Assembly (NCBI RefSeq): GCF_018350175.1
Contig: NC_058382.1
Span: forward strand, 15,438,001 to 15,502,000
Direction: 5' to 3'
DNA from: Felis catus
Taxonomy: Eukaryota
Length of the DNA stretch: 64,000 bases
A model generated the notes under the pieces. The model worked only from the letters and a program-made list of their open reading frames with translations. It had not been told where the DNA came from and ran no database searches. Positions 57,100 to 64,000 of the stretch are shown here, in pieces (position 1 is the stretch's first letter; each line of letters starts with the position of its first letter). Both the position numbers and the translations under genes were made by a program.

Positions 57100-58239
57100 T
57101 CAACACCCGCCAGCAAGACTGCGCCGGAAAGCCGTCTTCTGAGATGCTACCATGCTCCTGAGCTTCCCCTGGCGCTTGCTCCTGGCCCCACCTCTGCTCA
57201 GACTTCTGGCCCCACCCCTGCTCTTTCTCCTGGTCCCACCCCTGCTCTTGCTCCTGGCCCCTCCCCCGCTCTTGCTTCTGGCCCCGCCCCTGCTCTTGCT
57301 TCTGGCCCCGCCCCTGCTCTTACTTCTGGCTCCGCCCCTGATCTTGCTTCTGGCCCCGCCCCTGCACTTGCTTCCTGCTCCGCTTCTACTCCAGACTTCG
57401 CCCCTGACCAAGGTGCTGTATCTGCTCCTATTCTGGATCCCACCTCTACTATTAGTCCAGGTCCCTCCTCTACTGTTGCTCCTGGACACGCCCCTGCTCC
57501 TGGTGTCGCCTCGCCTCCTCGCTTCACCCCTTAAACTCGCCCTGTAGTTGTTCTTTGCTCCGCCTCCGCTCTGCATCTGGCCCCTACTCTTCACCGGGTC
57601 TCGGTTACTGTTTCTGACTTTGTCTGTGCCCCACCTACTTTCTCCAGTCCTGCTGCTCCCTCTGGTCGTGCACCTGCACTTGCACTTGCACCTGGTTTCG
57701 CCCCCACTTTTTGCCCCGCCCCCCCACATCTCTTCGCATCTCCCCTTTCTCCTGGCCCGGGCCCTACCCTGGTACCGAGTCCTGTATCTAGCCTCTCCCT
57801 TCTCCGGATCCTGGGCCCAGACCTTCCCCACGCCCCGCCCCTTTCCCTGTCCCCGCCCCTTTTTCTCTCCTGGAGTTTGCTCCTCCCTCTGCTTCCCCGC
57901 CTTGTTGCGCCCGTGTTCCTCGACCCATCCTAGCTCTTCGACCCGTTCCTTATCGACCCGCCCTTTCCCCTGGTCCTTGGAGAGCTGTTCTTCTCGATCC
58001 TGCCCCTCGCCCCGCCCCCTCCTAAAGCCACGCCCACCCCCCTTAGAGACCCTCTCTTTGCCTTGGGATCTCTTCTCGCCACTGGCCTTCCCTTCGCCCC
58101 GCGCCTTCTCCTCGCCCTGCACCTTTTTCTCCTTCCACCCCGGCGCTACCTTGTCGGTCAGCACTTTCTCTATCCTCACCATCCCCCCGAGACGCGACAC
58201 CTTTTCACCCCACTCTCTCTTTTCACGACACTTTTCCAT
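57100..58239 (-). CDS. Unannotated candidate ORF, 379 aa, basic RGG/RS-repeat protein upstream of the CATSPERG coding start
   Basis: GGC ATG G Kozak; 379 open codons; repeat periods are multiples of 3; synonymous-biased repeat divergence; no expression evidence. Confidence 0.5.
   Translation of the reverse strand: MEKCREKREWGEKVSRLGGMVRIEKVLTDKVAPGWKEKKVQGEEKARGEGKASGEKRSQGKERVSKGGGRGFRRGRGEGQDREEQLSKDQGKGRVDKERVEELGWVEEHGRNKAGKQREEQTPGEKKGRGQGKGRGVGKVWAQDPEKGEARYRTRYQGRARARRKGRCEEMWGGGAKSGGETRCKCKCRCTTRGSSRTGESRWGTDKVRNSNRDPVKSRGQMQSGGGAKNNYRASLRGEARRRGDTRSRGVSRSNSRGGTWTNSRGGIQNRSRYSTLVRGEVWSRSGAGSKCRGGARSKIRGGARSKSRGGARSKSRGGARSKSGGGARSKSRGGTRRKSRGGARSLSRGGARSKRQGKLRSMVASQKTAFRRSLAGGC
57175..57390. 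repeat. 24-bp minisatellite, 9 units (consensus CTTGCTTCTGGCCCCGCCCCTGCT)
   Basis: Units start at 57175 + 24n; degenerate units continue toward ~57600. Confidence 0.92.
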
Positions 58240-58489
58240 GCCCTGGACAGCGACCGGCTCTACGCCCCGCCTCTTGCAGCTTCGCCCCTACTCATCTCTC
58301 CGCTTCTGGGCTTAGCCTTTCCCTGCCCGTCGCCCCGCCCTTTCTCCGCCCCTCCCCTCCCCTCCGATGCTCGGTCCCTGGACTCCCCTCCCCTTGCTTT
58401 GCCTCTCCCCTTCTCGCCTCCCCCCTCCCTCCCCTTCTCTCCGCCCCCCGCCCCCCGCATCCCTCCCTGGGGTGGCCCCAGGCACCTCC

Positions 58490-58750
58490 CTCTTCTCCCC
58501 GCCCCGCGGTACCAGTCACTTAGTTAAAACCGGTCAACCGTCACTTGGCCGCTCCAGTCCCGCCCCTCTTGCCCGGTTTCAAAATGGCCGCCCACACTTC
58601 CACCACCTACTTCCGCCTCTCCCGAGACCTGCCGGCCCCACGCGCCTGTCTCCACGGTAACGCTTGTCCCAACCGGCGCTTGCGATTTGGTGGCGCGGTG
58701 AGAGCTGGGCTCAATACCCTGGTGCACGAGGCCTGGGGGGCTGAGGGTGC
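58490..58750 (-). promoter_or_regulatory. Probable CATSPERG promoter / first exon region
   Basis: CpG-rich; YY1-like CAAAATGGCCGCC at 58580-58592; ETS-like ACTTCC(G) motifs at ~58596-58615; GC boxes. Confidence 0.6.
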
Positions 58751-59102
58751 TAGAGACAAGAGTTTGTGATGGGTAGGTCCTCAGGGAGCTCCCGCTGGTT
58801 GTTCTGGTAGCCCTTCCTCGTCCTCTGCGCAATCGGGCTTTTGTATAGAAAAGTCTCTTAAAAACACGTTTGATTTCCTTGTGGGAATGAATCCGACTGC
58901 GACTTAGCACCCTCCTCCTCTACAAAACACGGACGCAAGCAACCATCTCATGGAGTTGTGGGCAGTCTGGAAGATAACATTGGAGAGTGTCTGGCAGATA
59001 AATTCAGTAGATTAACAATTTTCACTTGTATTCTGATGCCTAACAGTTAAGGACTCAGACCATGACTTTTTGATGAACTGCAAAGCTGACTTTACCCTAA
59101 AT

Positions 59103-59562
59103 CTATGATTTTCAAACTTTAGCGTGCATTAGACTCGCTGGAGGAGCTTGTTAAAACATGTTGTTGGGGGGCGCCTGGATGGCTCAGTCGGTTAAGCGTC
59201 CGACTTCGGCTCAGGTCATGATCTCGCGGTCCGTGAGTTCGAGCCCCGCGTCGGGCTCTGTGCTGACAGCTCGGAGCCTGGAGCCTGTTTCAGATTCTGT
59301 ATCTCCCTCTCTCTGACCCTCCCCCATTCATGCTCTGTCTCTCTCTGTCTCAAAAATAAAGGTTAAAAAAAATAAAAACAAAAAACATGTTGGGAAAAAC
59401 AAACACACAAACACACACACACAACAGGTTGTTGGGCTTCACCCCCCAGAGTTTGATTCAGTAGGTCTCAGGTGAGGCTCGAGAATTGGTATTTCTGGAA
59501 AGTTTTCAGGTGATGCTGATACTGATGGTCTGAGGACCACACCTTGAGAAATAGTTCTCTAA
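59103..59562 (+). mobile_element. MER5A (hAT-Charlie) split by a young CanSINE (59168-59385)
   Basis: TTTCAAACTTTAGCGTGCAT...CTTGTTAAAAC and TGATTCAGTAGGTCT...GGTGATGCTGAT...GGACCACAC; SINE flanked by AAAACATGTTG. Confidence 0.8.
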
Positions 59563-60417
59563 GCCTTCCGCGTCTCCCCAGGACCTCAGGGAAATAATCC
59601 ATTTGGTTTCCGGAGCGCTGCATAATCTCATCCCTTTTCTTCTTCCCATCCAGCTCATTTCTGTTCTCCCTATAGACCTGTGCCCTCTACCGCTAGTCTT
59701 ACGGAGGGACTTGAATATCCTTGATCAGCCTGTTCTCTCTCCTCCAGGCTGTGTTCCCCGCAGTAGCACCCTCTGGAACACTACTCCATCCTTTGTCACT
59801 GGCTGACCACTTCCCTTCTCTGGCGTCTTGTCTGTAATATATGACCAGTCCCCATCCCTCCCCTGACCACACTAGGCCATGACTGCTTCCCAATGAATCA
59901 CAGGTTCCATGAGAGCAAGACCTAGGGTTCTCTCCATCACTGTTGTTCCCAACTCTGTCCAACACAGCACAGAACAGATGTTCTATGTAAAGGACAGCTG
60001 ATGGAAGTCTATCCCCACTGCCCCAGCCCCACAGGCCACAGAGGAGTGAATTCATCTGAGGGAAGAAACTCACAAGCTATGTACCTGAGCCCTTCTACAC
60101 TCATGAACAGAGTCACAGAGGCTTCGGTGCAGAGGGCACCCCTCCCCACACCCCACTCAGGAATGCAGCCCTACCAGGGGGAGGTTCCTCTGTTAGACCA
60201 GCATCATTTATGTCAGCAAAAGATTGGCAAACACCCACATGTCCATTAGTGAGATGTTAAGGTAATTTATGGGATGTGTGTCCTAGAGGAGGCACTGCAG
60301 ACATAGAAAAAGGATGTGAGACCTACTCGTATGTCTCAGGAATGATCTCCTAATTTTACTGGGTTGGTGATAAAAGCAAGGTGCAGAAATGAGACTAGTG
60401 CTAGAAAAAGTATATAA

Positions 60418-60607
60418 GGGTGCCTGGGTGACTCAGTTGGATAAGCGTCCAACTTCGGCTCAGGTCATGATCTCCCAGTTCATGAGTTCGAGCCCCATAT
60501 CAGGCTCACTGCTGTCAGGACAGAGCCTGCTTTGGATCCTCTGTCCCCCTTTCTCTCTGCCCCTCCTCTGCTCACTCTCTCTCTCTCAAAATAAATAAAC
60601 TTTAAAA
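60418..60607 (+). mobile_element. CanSINE
   Basis: Flanked by AAAAAGTATATAA duplication. Confidence 0.88.
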
Positions 60608-61751
60608 AGTATATAAAAGATATAGATAGACATAGATATATATGACTTATATAATGTAAAAAATTAAGGTGCAGAGATGAAGACAGTAATCATTAGTCAA
60701 CAATTTATTGAGCACCAGACACTAGTCTGAGAGATTTACAGATATTAAGTTGCTTAACTCTCCAAGAAGTCCATGAGGTAGGTGCTGTTATCATCCCATT
60801 TTACCGATTAGCAAACTCAGGCACAAGGAGGTGAAATCACTTGCCCAAAGTCACAGAGCTTGAGAGTGACAGAGTTAAGACTTCTACCCAGGGACTCTGC
60901 CTGTAAAGTCTGCAATTATAACCACCTTATCATACTAGGTACCACCTGAATAGAGTGAAGGAAACAATAAATGACACACACATGCACACACATGGATACT
61001 GCTGCTATTTGCCCAGAAGGCCTGAGAAATCGGTCAACACAGCCTGGGTGTAGGAGAAAGACTGACTTTCCACTGCACACTCTTTTGTACCTTTTGAATT
61101 TTTAGCCTACGCTCCCCCCCCCCCCCGCCCCCGCCGTGTGTTGGATTGAACGGGGCCTGGTTTCTTGTTCTAGAGGAATCTAGAAGGAGACGCAGTGAGG
61201 AGCAGAAGCAGATCACACAGGCACCTCCTGCAAGGTGAGAAGTGACTGCCTTCCCCAGCCAGCTGCTGACTTTGGCAGCAAGGTGGACCACGAGGAGCCA
61301 GGAAGCAGGCAGAGAGCTAGACAGCAGATGTCTTCCGAGCTCCTGGGGGACAAGGTGACCAACCAAAACTTTGCTCAGATCCCAGTCTTGCACTTCCTGT
61401 GTGACCTTGGGCAGGCTATTTAACCTCTCTGGGCCTCCTTTCCTCCACTGTCACATGTAGAAAATGTACCTAATAGAGTTGCTGAGAAGGTTAAAAAAAT
61501 TATGTATCAAGAGCTTGGAACAGCACCCTGCACATAGTAAGTCCTATGGGTTTTCCATCACTGTTATTAAAACAATCTTGTGTAACTTTTTAGCCTAACT
61601 GGACAATGGTGAATTCTCCTTAAATTTCTCTCATCTCTTACGGATTCTCCCTACCCTCCTGGTTTTCCTACTCCTCTATGGGTCTCCTTTTTCTGTCTCC
61701 TTTGTAAGCTCCTCTCTCTTGTGTGAGGACACCAGTTGGAAGGTCACTGCT

Positions 61752-61975
61752 GGGGCGCCTGGGTGGCTCAGTCGGTTGAGCATCTGACTTCAGCTCAGGT
61801 CATGATCTCTCGAGCCCCTTATTGGGCTCTCTGCTGTCAGAGCAGAGCCTGCGCTGTCCCCACCCCCCCTCCCCCACCCCCCACCCCGCGCCCCAGATCC
61901 TCTGTCCCCCCCTCTCTGCCCCTCCCCCACTCATGCCCTCTCTTTCAAAAATAAACAAACATTAAGGGAAAAAAG
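61752..61975 (+). mobile_element. CanSINE
   Basis: Flanked by GGTCACTGCT duplication. Confidence 0.88.
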
Positions 61976-62196
61976 GGTCACTGCTTGCCATATGGGGCCT
62001 TCATGTTAACTAGAAAAAGAAGCCCCTTTCGGTCATCTTCAGGCTTGAACTTCAGCCCCTGTTTGTTTCCACTCTGCCATCCGGACATCCCTTAGGTCGT
62101 TCCCAACCTGCCCAATTGTACATGATGACCCTGACTGCCAGTTAATCAACATCTGCCCATTCTCCCCCTTCTGCCTTTCTAATAGAAGCCCAGTGC

Positions 62197-62412
62197 GGGG
62201 CGCCTGGGTGGCTCAGTGGGTTAAGCGTCCGACTTTGGCTCAAGTCATGGTCTCACAATTTGTGAATTTGAGCCCTGGGTTGGGCTCTGTGCTGACAGCT
62301 CGGAGCCTGGAGCCTGGAGCCTGCTTCAGATTCTGTGTCCCCCTCTCTCTGCCCCCCATCCCCGCTCATGTTCTGCTCTCTCTCTCTCTCAAAAATAAAT
62401 AAACAACAAAAG
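62197..62412 (+). mobile_element. CanSINE
   Basis: Head through A tail. Confidence 0.88.
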
Positions 62413-64000
62413 AGAAGAAGTGTTGTTCCCAGTGTTGTTCCCACATTCACCAGCCTCCAGACCAAAATCTCAGCCCCAGCCTCAGTTTTGGGTGGCAGGG
62501 GAATCCTGAGGCATCCAAGTTAATCATGGCGGTTCCATCACTCTGGCCAATGATTGGTTCAGAATGGGCATGTGAGCTAATTTTAACCAATGAGATAGAG
62601 GAGGAAGTCTTTGGGGAGGTGCACTTGGAAAAAGATTTCCTTGCTTCCAAAGGGACAATATGGGAGAGATGCCCCCCTCTTCTTGCACTAAAAGTTACTG
62701 TGTCTGGTTGTGATGCCCAGGCCTGTGGCGGTCACTTTGGGGCCATGAGAAGAGCCCAAGTGGAGCCAAGTCTTCAGCTGAGGGCTGCTGAACAAGGAGA
62801 TTGGGAACCTAGGGCCCCAAGACCCTCCTGGAGCTGTGGATTGTCTCTTGCCCAGAGCTCTCCCCAACTCTGGTGATGGGCAATAGAAATCATCTCATTG
62901 TCTCAGCCAGTGCTGGTCAGGATCTTGTTACCTGCGGCCCAAAGCTCTCCCTTTTTTTTTTTTAATGTTTCAAGTTTTTATTTAAATTCTAGTTAGTTAA
63001 CATATAGTGTAATTTAGTTTCAGGGGTAGAATTTCGTGATGCATCACTTCCATATAATGCCCAGTGCTCATCCGAAGCGTTTCCTTACTGACATGAATAT
63101 ATAAATTCCCAAAGGCTGACTTCTCAAGGTGGGTCTTCTCTCTTCCTCCCACCCATGGCTGCCACACCCACACTCGGGGCCTCGGTTCCCCCATCTGTCT
63201 CCAGCCTCAACTACACCCTGAGGCTCTGCCCAGAGGTTCCTGTGACCTTCTGATGCCTTCCTCTGGATGTCCCTTTAGCCCCTCACACCCACCATGTTCT
63301 AAACAAGCCTCAGTGTCTCCCCTCAAACCTGTTGTCTTCTCCCAGGTTCCCATCTCAGGGGCAGGTAACCATCCTGGGGCCTTTGCCTGGCCTTGTCCCT
63401 CCCAAGTCTGTAAGGCCTACACAAGGCCTGTCCACTTGGCCTCCCGAGCATGACCTCCACTGCCCGTCTCCCCCTTTCCTCAGCCCTGCCCAGCCCCATC
63501 ATCTCCCGCTCCGTTCCCGTCCCAGCCTCCCCTGTGCACCCGGCCCCAGTCTTCCCCTTCTGGTCCACCTCCACATAGCAGCTAAAGCCCAAACCTAACC
63601 ATAGCCCTCTCCTGCTCAAGATCCTTCCATGGCTCTCTAGTAGCCTCGAGAAAGACGCCAAGTTCCCAAGCTGGTCATTTAAGGATACTTAAGATGCACG
63701 CAGGTCCACCGCTCCTCCTCTCCTTCCCCCGTTCACCCCATAGTCCAGTTGGAGTAAACCACTTGCCGGAAGCTGATATCTGACATGCTTTCCTCCCTCT
63801 AGACACACATGGTTCCTTCTGCCTGGAATGCCTCCAAGTGTCCTCTCTTCCTGAATGCTATCGAGGTCCAGCTCAAACGCCCTATCCCTTCTGTAACCTC
63901 CACGGGGCTTGGTAGGGGTAACAGTTGAGTAGAAGGGCCTGTGGCGCCAAGAACTATGACTGATGTACCATCTTGGAAGGAGGCAAATCTGGGGGCAGTA

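Noticed and set aside
57073-58315. + strand ORFs (APGPAPALA, LLLAPPLL and the 255-aa Pro/Ser/Phe ORF)
   Set aside because: Best explained as antisense shadows of the repeat and purine-rich minus ORF; the main + frame is broken by TAG at 57545-57547 and opposes the local promoter. Not formally excluded without stranded RNA data

Overview
Mammalian genomic DNA, almost certainly a feliform carnivore (dense cat-type CanSINEs). Gene content and order match my recollection of the human 19q13.2 block, in reverse orientation: 5' end of FAM98C (-), complete SPRED3 (-, 410 aa), GGN (+, 673 aa), PSMD8 (-, 351 aa from the first ATG) and complete CATSPERG (-, 28 coding exons, 1160 aa). I reconstructed the exon chains by hand from GT-AG boundaries and phase continuity; one PSMD8 acceptor lies in an N gap and is inferred. 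Gene identities come from remembered ortholog sequences, not a database search. Introns and intergenic DNA hold CanSINEs, L1/L2/MIR fragments, MLT1 LTRs, a MER5A and microsatellites (repeat boundaries approximate). The main unexplained feature is a 379-codon ORF (58239-57100, -) between the CATSPERG promoter and its first coding exon. It has a strong Kozak ATG and encodes a basic Arg/Gly/Ser/Lys-rich protein with an (SRGGARSK)n array whose unit differences are mostly synonymous. It is in frame with the CATSPERG start, separated by a single TGA and 15 sense codons. It is a candidate nested or bicistronic germ-cell gene, but expression is unproven.
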